Shown piece after piece: positions 51,180-64,000 of a DNA stretch of 64,000 bases. Source of the stretch: Octopus sinensis (lineage: Eukaryota); contig NC_043016.1 in the NCBI RefSeq assembly GCF_006345805.1, positions 25,110,001-25,174,000 of the forward strand. The letters run 5' to 3'. Each line of letters begins with the position of its first letter. Position 1 is the stretch's first letter. Position numbers and translations under genes: made by a program. Below the pieces are notes generated by a model. It was not told the origin of the DNA, did no database searches, and saw only the letters and a list, made by a program, of their open reading frames with translations.

Positions 51180-53880
51180 CAATCCTTAGGCTGCAGACAG
51201 TGTAATCTCCTTTTCAATGACCATTCTTATGTGATTGGCTTTTGCTGAAGGAGTTTGACAGTGATGCCCTCTTTTGAGTTTCCTGCCTTTATATAGGTTC
51301 ATCTGTGACCTTGGACAGCAGGAGGTCAAGTTGTTTCTTGAAAACATCCATTCCTACTTCTTGAAGATCTCTCAGATTTTTTGGCAAGGCATTAAATAGC
51401 AGTGGGTCCTTGAACCCCAAGCTATTGCTGTAGAAGGTCCTTGCTCTAAACAGGATACCTGAGACATTTGGAACAGTGCAGTGACGTCCAATTTGGTGGT
51501 TGATATAACTTTTGACACCAAAGTTTGGTGCCAGCCCCTCCAGGATCTTCCATGCATATATCACCGCATACCTCTCTCATCTTTGCTCCAGGTAGCAGAG
51601 TTGTAGATCCTTCAGTCTCTCCCGGTAGCTCACTTGTTCCATTGATGCAATTTTTTTGGTGTAGCATCACTGAATTGCTTCAAGTTCTGCTATTAACTTG
51701 ACCACAGTTGAGAACAGTAGTCCAGATAGCAGAGTACAAATGTCCTCCATAGAACCAGCATAGTTTCCTGATCCCTTGTTCTCAAAGTTCTCAGAATCCA
51801 TCAAACCATTTGCCTGCACATTGCTACTATCTTAGTGATATGTATGTGAAACAAGGCATCATTGCTCATATCAATCTCCAGATCACACACTGTACTTGAC
51901 TCTGGGATGGCCGCTCCTTTTAGTCCAAAGTGTCTTTGTTGCAGCTGGTAGCGGAAGGATTGGAATTTACTTGCATTAAATTGCATGTTGTTTTTTTCAG
52001 CTCATTTATATATAGCATCTAAGTCTTTCTGTAGAAGATTAGCATCAGAAGGTTCCTAGACTGCTTGTACTTTTGTACCATTGGCATAGTTATTAAGTGT
52101 GGCTGTCTGTGTAACTGATGGCATCTCTGAAAGATACAACCATGAACAGTAGCTGCCCCAATACAGTTCCCTGAGGCACTTCACTCTATTACTATTTCTT
52201 TGGAGAGTGTCCCATTGGCTGTCATGGCCTGGTTTCTGTCTTTTAAGAAGTTATGCAACCAGTTTCCTGAGTCTCCATAGATTATGACATATCTCATGAT
52301 TAACCTTATCAAAGGCCCTTGCAAAATTGAGACATCACATCTATGTTTGAACAATTCATTAATTGTTTCAACACCCAATCATAGTGCTCAAAAGCTGTGT
52401 AAGACAGCTTCTTCCAGGGCAGAAGTCATGCTGAGTATCAGGAAACAAGTCATTATCTTCAAGGAAGGCAATCAGTTTCCTCCTGACAATGCATTCCATG
52501 ATTTTGTTGACATGGGAGGTTAAAGAAACAGGTCTATAATTTTTACCATCTTTTCAGCTACCTCCATTATAGATAGGACATATGCCTTCCTTTAACGTTT
52601 TGGGAAGTCTCCCAGTTGTGAGGAAGAGAATCTGTAGTAGTCTTGCTAGAGCCCCTTTGCATTTGTTTAGGAGGATTGCTGGTAATCCTTCCGGGTCTGT
52701 GGCTGATTTTGAAGTCATTTTATCATTGGTTGATATTACATTTGTTTCCTCTATTTTGATGTTATCCATAATTGCCATTTCTTTGTGTACAGTTGTAGTG
52801 CTGAAGACTCATAATGCATAGGTACTTGCAAGTGCCCCAATAGTATTTTGAAAATACTCTTGTATTACACATTCAGTATTTCACTGATCCTCTTGGGGTC
52901 TGCAGTTGGTGAGCCATTTTCTTCGAACAGTGCCCTATCTTGTACTGTACTGAAGCAGACTCTTTTACATACCTATAGAATGCTTTAGGGTTTGTCTTAA
53001 TATTATTGACAGCCCTGGCTTCTTTTTCTGTCCTCTCCTTTTCATGGGAATGTTTGAGTTAATTTTCAATCTCGAGCAATGTTATAAAGCACTGCAGCTT
53101 TATGTCAATATCTTGTGTCAAGAGACTGGTAGACTAGTTTTGTTCCATGACCTCTTTCTGAATGCCCTTCCAAGCAGCTTTATGAAAGTTCAGGCTGGAG
53201 ACGAGCTGGATGTGTCTTGTAGCCTACATGTCTGCAGTTTTCTGCAGACCATACAATTTTAGTTCTATAAAGTTATGGTCCAAGAGAATCGGCAGTGTCA
53301 CCCTAACATTATGGATGAGCACTGTATTATTTGTGAAGCAGAGGTTCAGAACATTTTTACTCCTTGGGTGGAGCTCTATTTGCTCCATGAAGAGCATGTT
53401 TGTTAGGTGAAGCAGAGATTCTGCATGTCTCTGGCCTTGCAGTGACATACCTGAGAGAAAGCAGCCTTCAAGCCATTTGACATTAGGGAGGTTGAAGTCC
53501 CCTAGAAGAAGTATGTGCAAATTATCATCAATGCTGGTTAATACTTCTCCCATCTTTTTGAGTCTCCCTTCAAAAGAGTCCCCATGATTTGGAGCACCTG
53601 GTAGTCAATATGTAGTATATATTACTATTTTCATCTGTTTAATGTGTATCACCAGTGTCACAGACCCAGTTTGAGTGTAACAGTAGGCCTACAAGCATGG
53701 CAGATGTATATTACAATTCTACTATGAGTCCTTTCTCTCCTGTCTGTTTGAGACACAACATATTTTGGTATGTGTATCACAGCGTTCAGATGTGTTTCTG
53801 TTAGTGCCAGGTATATTGCTTGATTATATATCACCAAGTCTTTCAGATACTGATGTTACATTAAAAGGCCCCTGATGTTC
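51180..53880 (-). mobile_element. Near full-length degenerate CR1/L2-group LINE ORF2 (APE + RT)
   Basis: APE motif ILLLGDFNLPNVKW...NVLNLCFTNN; RT region ATDPEGLPAILLNKCK and MQFNASKFQ; C-terminus YAWKILEGLAPN...LLFNALPKNLRDL..DVFKKQLD. A further fragment lies at ~54400-54650. Confidence 0.9.
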
Positions 53881-54654
53881 AGCAAGAGTACTGGTATGAC
53901 ATACAGTATATGAGTAATAGCCACCAAGTACAGACACACACATATATATATAGTAAAAGGAGGGATATGATGTCCAGGCAGATATCGAATATCTCTGAGT
54001 AAAATTCCAAGGCTGGTTATTCTGATGGTGTGTTTTTTTTTGGCTCTCATCCAATGTTCCAGTTTATTTTTTGGTTACTTAGAGTATAAAGAACAATATC
54101 AAAAGAGAAAGAAGAATTTGAACATTCGGACTTTAAGTTTAATTTCCAGTAAGAATAAAAGTCCAACACATGTTTTGATTGCACCAATTGCAAATTGTTT
54201 CATGTTCTTATGCAGTGATTTATGCATTATTGGTGCAATCTCTTCAGGGCAAATAATTTGACATCATTTGAAGAGGAATTTTCCTCCTCAATTAGTTTGA
54301 ATTAGACTTGGTAGCAGTAGTAAACTCTGAACATTAATTCAATAGCATCAGTAGCAGTAATTGTTGTGGTCAACAATTGTTCCTGGTTAGGATGGGAGTG
54401 GTTATCTATAGAATTTTTTTTTTTTTATGATTCTACATACTTTATAGTCAAAAGGCATATTGATAGAATATCAATATGCTGTGTGATTCTCCTGTGTTGA
54501 GGAATGAATGTAGTTGCTCTTTCCTCTGGGACAAATTTAATGCATATTGTTCACATTATTGATATTAATTCTTTGAGCCAGTTTAGTTGGATAATCCGTG
54601 TTTTAATGGATTTCCAGTCAGCCTTGTAGAAGTTCAGATATATATATATCTTTT

Positions 54655-55630
54655 ATGTTTGACTTGTTTCAATAGACTATGACCATACTGCCTTGAAGAA
54701 TTTTTAATAGAATGTATCTACCCCAGTACTTATTTTTTAAAGTAAGTACTGGCTACTTATTTTATCAGTCTTTTGCCAAACTGCTAAGCTACAGGGACAT
54801 AAACACACCAACACCAGTATTTATGTCCCCCATACATATACATAATTATATATAAGTACATATACATACAGATTCTTTTTAACTTGTTTTAGTCACGTGA
54901 CTGCGGCCATGCTGGAGCACGGCCTTTAGTCAAGCAAACTAAACCCAGGACTTATTCTATAGGTCTCTTTTGCTGAACCTTTAAGTTTTGGGGACGTAAA
55001 CACACCAGAATTGGTTTTCAAGTGATGTTGGGAGGACAAACAAGACACACACACATATTATATATATATATATATACTCTTTTACTTGTTTCAGTCATTT
55101 GACTGTGGCCATGCTGGAGCACCGCCTTTAGTCGAGCAAATCGACCCCGGGACTTTTTCTTTGTAAGCCCAGTACTTATTCTATCGGTCTCTTTTGCCGA
55201 ACCGCTAAGTGACGGGGACGTAAACACACCAGCATCGGTTGTCAAGCAATGCTAGGGGGACAAACACACATACACATATATATATATACATATATACGAC
55301 AGGCTTCTTTCAGTTTCCGTCTACCAAATCCACTCACAAGGCATTGGTCAGCCCGGGGCTATAGCAGAAGACACTTGCCGAAGATGCCACGCAGTGGGAC
55401 TGAACCCAGAACCATGTGGCTGGTTAGCAAGCCACCCACCACACAGTCACTCCTGCTCGTATATATATATGAAAGGCTTCTTTCAGTTTCCATCTACCAA
55501 GTCCACTCACAAGGTTTTGGTCAGCCTGAGGCTATAGTAGAAGACACTTGCCGAAGGTGCCACGCAGTGGGATGAACCCAGAATAATGTGGTTAGGTAGT
55601 AAGCATCTTATCACACAGGTATGCTTGCGC
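54655..55630 (-). mobile_element. Stack of four or five co-oriented SINE copies/fragments
   Basis: Repeated tails (GTTTCAGTCATTTGACTG, three times) and heads (CTTTCAGTTTCC.TCTACCAA, twice); 55075-55450 is complete. Confidence 0.88.
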
Positions 55631-56239
55631 CTAGCTACACTTATGCCTATATATAAATACAGGTACAGTGATGCGAACAAGCAAAAATAGGACTCAAAAT
55701 ATGAGTATATATATATTGTTATTAATATTTAGCAGACGTAACACAGTGGCTTAAGGTCTGAGAGTTTCATGCACTGGAACTTATCAAATTTTGAAAAATG
55801 CCAATGTATGAAACTCTTGTCATTTGAGTCACTCTGTTGCTTTTGCAAAATATATCCATATATATGCCACCTAACCAATGCCAGGATGGAAAATAAACAT
55901 TAAATGATGATGATGTTGATTATGTATGTATGTATACACATACATGCAAGCATAGATATCAGCCATTGGCAAATGGTAACCCGCAGGGCTTTCTTGGCAC
56001 ACCTAATGATAAATTACCTTGAATTTTTTTTTTTGGTGTATGCACCTAATGTTGAGCTATGTTTCATGTTGCCTGCTTCATAAAAAAAAAGGTTGCCCAT
56101 ATATATATATATATATACACGTACACATGCATATATAGATGTATGTATATATATATATATATTATATATATATATATATATGCAAGCATACATTTATATA
56201 TACATATGCATGTCCCTATATTATGTGTGTGTGTGTGTG

Positions 56240-56276
<37 letters not shown>

Positions 56277-56457
56277 TATATACATACACACACATATATA
56301 TATAGAGAGAGAGAAAAGAGTGAGAGAGCTTTGATATTTAACCATCATAAAATATATCTATGATAATGGAGATCAACTGATAATGCATCATTAAACTCTA
56401 ATACATTAATACAAGTCTGTAAATACTGTTGAAACAAATTAAATGATATGAGAACAG

Positions 56458-56681
56458 GAATTACATAATCAACTTCATTAACTTACAGCTAATTTCTGCT
56501 ATAAGATGCAATGCACTAAGAGCTGTGTGCTTGTGTATCACCTTAAAGCTTCATCAGAGCTTCTGAAAAGAATTTAGGAGCTCTGAAGATGCCATAAGAT
56601 GATGCGCAAACACTCTGCTCTAAGTGTACCGCATCTTATCATACAAATAATTGTTAACTAATGTAGTTCATTATGTAATTC
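56458..56681. repeat. Imperfect ~100-bp-arm palindrome containing head-to-head hammerhead relics
   Basis: GAATTACATAAT..ATAAGATGC..TCATCAGAGCT / AGCTCTGAAGA..GCATCTTAT..ATTATGTAATTC; CUGANGA boxes at 56551-56557 (-) and 56583-56589 (+). Confidence 0.7.
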
Positions 56682-56739
56682 TTATTTAGCATTTCATTTA
56701 TCTAATTTCAAGTGTGTGTGTGTATGTGTGTATGCATGC

Positions 56740-57620
56740 ACACAAACAGGATGAAGGTACTAGTAGGGGACAGTATCAAGTAGCTAAAAGAGCAGCTAAA
56801 CATAAGTTTTACCTGGAATTTTTAGAAGCCTTAACATCAATTAACTTAGTGAGTAGGAAAGTAAACAGGACTCTGGTATCTTTAGAGATATGAACTTGTT
56901 TGATAAGCAGAAAGACATTGGTATAAACTCCATGTGCTGTATTCAATATAAGCTATGGACACTCAAGAGATGTAGTGGAATCACAGGCAGACTAACATGT
57001 ATGTGGTGGGTGCAGTGGAAATAGATTCTCTTAAATGCATGGATGGCTTACTAGATGTAGTTGTTAGCATTTGTTACCTGGGATGCATAATTAGCAGAGG
57101 AAATTGTTCAGATATTATAGTAGCTAGGGTAAGAACAGGTTGAAAAATGTTTAAAGAGTTTCTTCCTTCAGAGGGAAGGGTAGATTGTTGTGCTTGTGTT
57201 AGAATTGTTGTATGGTAGCAAAACTGGAATCATTAATGCAGATTTGCAAAGACTGGACAGAAACTAAACCAGCATGCTCTAATGAACATGTAATGTTAGT
57301 GTGCATGAACACCAGAGAACGAAAGAGCCAAGGTAAAATCTGGATGTAGGCAGAATCAGATGTAGTGTGCAAGAGAAAAGATTGTTCTGGTAGGGATATG
57401 TGATACATATGGAGGATGACTGCTGTTTAATGAAATTCCAAACATTTCAAGTTAGTGGAACTTGTGCAAGAGTGAGACTAAGGGAGACAGCATGAAGTGA
57501 GTAGACTGACTTCATATAAAGATGCTGCATATAAAGGAGATGATAAAGGATCATACTGACTGGCAATAAGCAGTGTTGCAAAGGCCTCAACCACATACAG
57601 TAAACTGTACAATTGTGTGG
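56740..57620 (+). mobile_element. RTE LINE RT/C-terminal fragment, highly degenerate
   Basis: Degenerate V.SICYLG...I.ARVRTG*KMFKEFLP pattern, similar to RTE VDSFCYLG...ARVRTGWKKFRELLP. Confidence 0.7.
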
Positions 57621-60600
57621 TACACAATTATATTTATGTTCTCTGTCCAACCTACCTTACTGCCCCATCACTTTGAAGGCATCTTCACCCTTGATATAAC
57701 CTATTACTCACCCCTCCCTCTCCTTTCTCTTCATTACTCATATGACCCTATCTCTTATCTCTCTACCATTTCCACACACCACATCATTTCATTCTGACTT
57801 CTCACCTTTCTCTAGATCCACCTGTAAAAGGCTGCAATGGATGGAAAATAAACACTAGCTTTGCCCAGTTAAACTACCAATCATTACTTTAACTCTTGTC
57901 TTTATCCCATTACCTACCGTTACCTTTGTTCACCTCAACTACTGCCAATCCCTTTTGTGCCACCTTCATCCCTAATACCTCTGTGTCTTTCACCTCGTAC
58001 ACATGTCATCCACCTTCTCACTCATTCTGATGACTTGCTCCATGTTTCTCTTCTATGTAAATACACACACTCTAGCTTCATGTATATTCTCTATACTAAT
58101 ACTCCTGTTGTCTCCCCTCTCAACTACTCATTTCTGGTTTCTCTGCTGTCATTGATTCCTCTCTTCAATCTACACTTCTTTCTTCAGTTGCTGAGTACCC
58201 TAGTGTTGGTGCTACAAGTAAATGCACCTAGTACAATCTGTAAAGTGGTAGATAATAGGAAGAGTATCAAGCCACAGAAACTATGCAAAATGACATGTAC
58301 AAGCACCAGTCTTGAGGAGTAGCAACTTGCAACAAGAAATGACTTTGACTGTGATGTCCTACCTAAACATGCAACCATGCCAGCATAGAAAGAAAATATA
58401 AAATGATATACACACACATACATATGAATTTTAAAGTGTGTGTGTGTATTGTCTGTGAACGAAAGGAATAGTAAAAGTAGTTTAGCAATACAGCTGTTTC
58501 AAGGGGGCACTGAATATACTGAAATTTTCTGATTTCAATAGTGGATGAAATGTACTTGATGCATTGATTGATAAACTTTATTGATGAATTATCATTTCAT
58601 TTGTGTTTTCTATACAAGCCTTGTTTATACTGTTTTTACTATGACTGATTGATCTTACTACATTTTATTATACATGTATATACATGTCAGTCATTACAGG
58701 TTGACTCAGCTTCACAAAGTTTCACAGATGCAAACTATGCCCATATCTCAGACTTATGAAGTCAGATTGTAGAAAAGTTAAAAGAAATTTTAAAATGGTT
58801 TTTAGGTGAGAATATCTGAACTGCTATCAGTCAGATTAGGTATAGTGGATAATTTGGCTAAGCAGTGACAGGAATTCTTATATTATAAGCTCCATGTGGT
58901 AGAGCAAACAAAATGTTGGAGTCAGGTAGTCAACATTTTGTGAAATTCAACCACTTGGTGAGATAACCAGATTGGTAATGTCAGATTACGTATCAGTCTA
59001 CAATGATTATATGCAGAAGAAATAATTTTACAATGGACGAAACAGGGATTATATACCATGCAATTGACAATTGCATGTAGACCAACAATGGCTAGGGTGG
59101 TTTTTTTCCAGGTTATCAGTGGCAAGTGGTTTGAAATTCATTTTTGGTGACAATAAGACTGATTAGTTTTCCTGTTGACAGATCATGCAGACTGTTTCAG
59201 TTTAGCCAGTTTCTTATGGAGGCAGAGTTTACAATAATGAACTCCAGGTAAGTAAAGAGGGATCCTGCCAAGGATGTCAGATGATGTATTGAGAACTCTT
59301 TTCTTTGAATATTTTGTGTCTGTGTGCATATGCATGTATATATCTATACATATAATTTGATGTTGAGAAACATCATGATCCCTGAATCTCCAAGTTAAAC
59401 AGAACAGAATGTAGAATTTTCCCTGTCCTTAAACCTGATGGGGTGTGTGTGTTGTATAATTATCCCTTAAAATCATTCAGTGTAATACCTGTGAAGTGTC
59501 TCATGGAACCATTTGATAGTGTAAAGGTGTCTTTAAAGATAATAAACATTGAAAGAGAAAACCTCACCAGTAAGCATTTGGAAGGATTTTGGTAGTTAAT
59601 ATCTGGGGTGTGAATGGAGTGAATGTTTCTGTTATAGCATGCAAAGTCAGAAGTGATATTACCTTAGCACAAGTAGCTAACTTTATCTTTATGGACATTA
59701 AAGAGTTTATATCTATGGGCTCTTGGAAGATGTTGCCTAACTAGAAAATTATAGCTATATTAATAGAAACATTTAAGTCAAATATAGGATTAAACCAGAT
59801 TACTTTTCTCTTTCTATACCTCTGTGGTAGTGGACTGGTACTTTATTTATCAGCCCCAAAAAGATAAAAGGCAAAGTTGAACTCAGAACATTGACAACTG
59901 GAACAAATACTGCAAAACATTCAATCAAATGTGCTAACTATTCTACTAAATCACCCGATGCTAGGAAGGGCATCCAACCATATAAACCCAGCCAAAACAG
60001 ACAGTGAAGCTTGGTGCAGTACTTTGCCTAGCCAGCCCCTGTCAAACCGTCCAACCCATGCCTGCATGGAAAACATGTTAAACTATGTGTGTGTGTGGAT
60101 GTATGCATATTCATTTACCTGTATACATATATGTGAATACATACACACATATACACAGCCATATATATAAATATATACATGCACACAAGAGTACAAAAAA
60201 AAAGAATACTCAATAAAATATGTACATACATATATTTTTATATTACAATTTCTTTACTCTAAACCATTATTCAGAATTTTATAGATACATGGACATCTAC
60301 ATAAATCCTCAAATGTTTGAAAGGAAATAAGTATTCACAATGTTTTAGCTTAAAAGAGGATTCATTTTGGTTGCTGGTAAGTTAGTAGCTCACTGGATAT
60401 ATCAGGTCAAATGCTGGAAAACAAGGAAGGCTGCTACATCAAAGTGTGAGATACTGATAGATGCAAGAGAGGCAACTTTGTCAAGATTACCTTTCCTTAG
60501 CAAACAAAGTTAACCCTTTGATGCTTCCTAAAAATTTTTTGCTAGATTACATAAACTATAGCAGTATGGGTGGGACTGCATCAGCAATACAACAGTACAA

Positions 60601-60906
60601 TCATGTCCATGGTTTCCACACTATTAGATGAAACAGTAAAGTGGTCTGCCCCTGTCTCTAGACCTATAAGAGTGCAGATGACTATACCATCCTTTGAAGT
60701 TGTTTAGAATGAGCTCCATATAGTTTGTCTGGACAACAATTGGTGGAATGAGCAGATCTCAGTACATTATAAAGCCTTCCTTCAACAGACATGTGGTTTT
60801 TATCTCATTAACAAGATATATATGTATGCATGTATTATCTAAGTCATAAAAATATTCTATTTTTATGTCTAAGTAATCTGTCTCCTAGAGATATGGTCCA
60901 ACAATG

Positions 60907-60948
60907 GCTGTATTGATGATGCTTAATGAGGCAGAAACATGTCGACAG
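60907..60948 (+). ncRNA. Minimal hammerhead relic (C3U)
   Basis: GCTGTA-TTGATGA-TGC TTAATGAG GCA-GAAACATGT-C-GACAG; palindromic helix III ACATGT and GUC site. Confidence 0.6.
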
Positions 60949-61104
60949 TTGTCCTCCAGTCTCCAAATAATCAAACTGTCTTTTTCTAAATGGCACATCA
61001 AATACAGAATTCTTGATTTATGAGATTATCTCCACATTTCATTTGGATTTGGCCCCAATTGCTATCAGACAAATTCTTCTACATCTGGGAACAAAGATAA
61101 TTTC

Positions 61105-61790
61105 AATAAATCTAACATTCTATTTTAAGGCAGCAAAAGTAGTCTATAACTAGGTAGCTGTTCGGCTCGTGTCTTAGAAACTGTCAACAGATTTACACAA
61201 TTCTTAATACTTTCTATTTATCAATTTTTCAATTAATTTCTCATCATTGCAACAACTGTCATTCATTACTGACGTGTTTATTTTCTTACATTCCCCCTCG
61301 ACTGTGAGATTGCTCAGCAACTCAGATATATATCTTCATCTTCCCATATAACATTATAGACAATGCGCAATAAGCAACACTAAAAAGTTGTTTTGTTTAT
61401 AGTTTGATGTAAGAGTTAAAAGTGCAAGAGACAGCTTTCTACAGTTTGTATATTTTTTTTTACAATCTAAATTAAACTTCATTCAATTAAAATTACAATC
61501 TCAATAATAATTTTATGTTTTCATTCTCTCATTCATTATGAACTGCAACAATTCTTTCTTTCGTTTCATTTTAAGCAACTGCTTTAATTAAATTCATTTT
61601 CATTGAGATTTACACTAATCCAATGAATTAATTTTAAATCTGAATTGGATATTTTTCTTTTTTTACATTTCAAGTTGCAATGGGATATTTTTGATAATAG
61701 TTTATTAGTATCTATAAATTATGCATAACATAAATTGATGTTTTAAAAGATAAATTAATGCGTAAATTTTAAAGATGCATGTGTATGTAC
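61105..61790 (+). repeat. Left arm of large inverted repeat
   Basis: Reverse complement of 62261-62996; about 11 differences over the ~255-bp core compared by eye. Confidence 0.95.
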
Positions 61791-62260
61791 TTCATTATCC
61801 ACATTATACAACCACTTTCAATGTTAGCATGAGTTGCACGTGTCATCCTGATCCAAGTGGGTCCCTATTCAAAGTTACTATCTTTGCAGTAGGGTCAAAG
61901 AATCGTATCTCACTATTGTTAAAATTATTGTTATAATTTCTACAGCTTGATGCCTTCCCAAACACCAGTCACTTTAGGCTTTTTGAGAACACGACAACCC
62001 CTCTGGTGCAAGTACAGCGGTTAAATTCCCCCAGTATATTCTATATGGTTGGTGTTAAAAAGTGCATCCAGTTGTAGAAACCATACTAGAAAAAGTAATG
62101 AAATGTACAAGTGAGATGTGGTCCTCCAACCCTTCTACGAGGCTAGGAACTCCAAATAAGAACTAACTCAAACCGTAATGACACGTCTAACTCATGCTGC
62201 CATTGAAAGTTGGCATAAAATGATGTATACCTGTGTACTATTGTGTGTACACGCGCGCGC

Positions 62261-62996
62261 GTACACATGCCCATAGTATATGCATCTGTTAAATTAATAC
62301 ATTGAATAATAATGAAAATTGTTACAAAGTATTAATTTACTTTCGAAGATGTCGATTTAATAAATTATGCGTAATCTATACATATCAATAAATTACGATT
62401 AAAAAAAACTGATTACAACTTGTACTGCTAAAAAAAATATCCAATTTACATTTACAATTTAATTCATTGGATTAGTGTAAATTTCAAACAAAAATCGATT
62501 TAATTAAAGTAGTTGCTTAAAATAAAAAGAATCGTTGCAGCTCATAATGAATGAGAGAATGAAAACATAAAATTATTATTGAGATTGTAATTTTAATTGA
62601 ATGAAGTTTAATTTAGATAGTAAAAAATATATATACAAACTTTAGAAAGCTGTGTCTCTTGCACTTTTAACTCTTACATCAAACTATAAACAAAACAACT
62701 TTTTGGTGTCGCTTATTGCGCATTATCTATAATGTTATATGGGAAGATGAAGATATATATCTGAGTTGCTGAGCAATCTCACAGTCGAGGGGGAATGTAA
62801 GAAAATAAATGCGTCAGTAATGAATGACAGTTGTTGCACTGATGAGAAATTAATTGAAAACTGATAAATAGAAAGTATTAAGAATTGTGTGAATCTACTG
62901 ACAGTTTCTAAGACACGAGCCGAACAGCTACCTAGTTATAGCTATGACTACTTCCGCTATCTTAAAATAGACCCTACGCATAACGTTAGATTTATT
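62261..62996 (-). repeat. Right arm of large inverted repeat
   Basis: For example TATAACTAGGTAGCTGTTCGGCTCGTGTCTTAGAAACTGTCA is present in both orientations. Confidence 0.95.
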
Positions 62997-63189
62997 CATT
63001 CAAACAGAAAAAACGTAAAAATATAGATTCTTTGGGAGAAAATTCAGTTTATAATTTAACTGGAATAATAAGAATTGTCTTTTATTTGAAGGAGAAATAA
63101 AAATAAAATAAAACAAGTCTTGAAACAGAAAGGCAAAAAAACCCGGGAAAGCAAACATCCTGAATGATAACAAATTGTAATAGTGCGGA

Positions 63190-63420
63190 TGACAACTGGC
63201 GCGTTTTACGCAGTTGATATTTGACAATAAACTTATTAAATCGGAATTGACAGCAGATCAATTTTAGTTTTTATATTTCATGGATCGCTTAAAAATTAGT
63301 TGAAATCATTTTTATATGTTAACAAAGATGAATATATTGTGAAAACGCCTGTTGTGTCAAACGCGCGAACCCGACCAGGTCAATAAAACAACGTGTAAAA
63401 GCTATCATGTAAGAATATAA
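63190..63420. promoter_or_regulatory. CpG-retaining patch at the start of the menin intron, suggesting a nearby 5' end
   Basis: GGCGCGTTTTACGC, ACGCGCGAACCCGACC and TCGG in otherwise CpG-poor DNA; regulatory role is inference only. Confidence 0.3.
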
Positions 63421-63683
63421 TGAAAGTAACTCGCTTTTTTTTTAATTTATTCATCAAAACGTTTTTATTATATAAACAAAAAACAATGTTTAAGTATAGT
63501 TAATCATATTAAAATAAAAAGCAGAATCACAGTTGACTAGAGACAACTATAATCAATATATAAAGACCTGTTTGCACATGCAACAAATGAGTATAGTGTG
63601 TTTTATGGTGCTTACTTGTGTTGAATAACAGGTATATTGGTGCACATTCACTTGTCATTTCTTTAATTAAAGAATCGACTTAC

Positions 63684-64000
63684 CTGTCAAAAAGCTATAA
63701 AGTGATTGTAGGTGAGCTTTATCTTTGTAATTACTGCGAGTGAGGGAGCTCCAAATTACATCTGATACTTTCTTGACCAGCTCACGAGTAGCATACTCTG
63801 ATTTATATTCTGTTAAATCTACGGTACTTTTCACAATTGTAACAAACTTATTGTAAAGAACCTCAACTGTTGAAAATTCGATCGCTGGAAAAATTGGCTC
63901 CAGACTTTTCGAACAATCAACATCAGTTGGGACAGTGCGATTGACAGTTAAAATATTCTCAATTGCACCAAGCACAATAGAAAGGAGTGTTAAATCTGGA
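63684..64000 (-). CDS. MEN1: Menin orthologue, first large coding exon (5' part outside the window)
   Basis: PDLTLLSIVLGAIENILTVNRTVP...FPAIEFSTVEVLYNKF...[40 protein letters not shown] aligns with human menin [25 protein letters not shown]...[37 protein letters not shown]. It ends in a phase-1 donor ACAG|GTAAGT at 63684. Confidence 0.96.

Overview
AT-rich, repeat-dense animal genomic DNA. It is most likely octopus, inferred from the SINE/RTE repeat families I recognise and the very long (TA)n/(CATA)n arrays. Two contigs are joined by a 100-N gap at 47914-48013. The only confidently identifiable gene piece is the first large coding exon of a menin (MEN1) orthologue on the minus strand at the right edge (63684-64000+); I could not find its downstream exons in the window. 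A candidate unidentified terminal exon lies at 30525-30752 (+). The rest is transposon debris (mariner, Tc1, Tigger/pogo, a solo LTR with a 4-bp TSD, HERO/R2-group, CR1-like and RTE LINEs, Penelope GIY-YIG, a Helitron end, MITEs, tRNA-derived SINEs) plus simple repeats. The most notable unexplained signal is about ten type I hammerhead-ribozyme (HHR) motifs. The best is a near-intact HHR inside a 489-bp unit bounded by 59-bp direct repeats and inserted in (TA)n, which looks like a retrozyme. Others are a triple HHR cluster attached to a Penelope endonuclease remnant and head-to-head HHR palindromes. A ~1.9-kb foldback (two ~0.7-kb inverted arms) sits in the menin intron. All RNA folds were done by eye.
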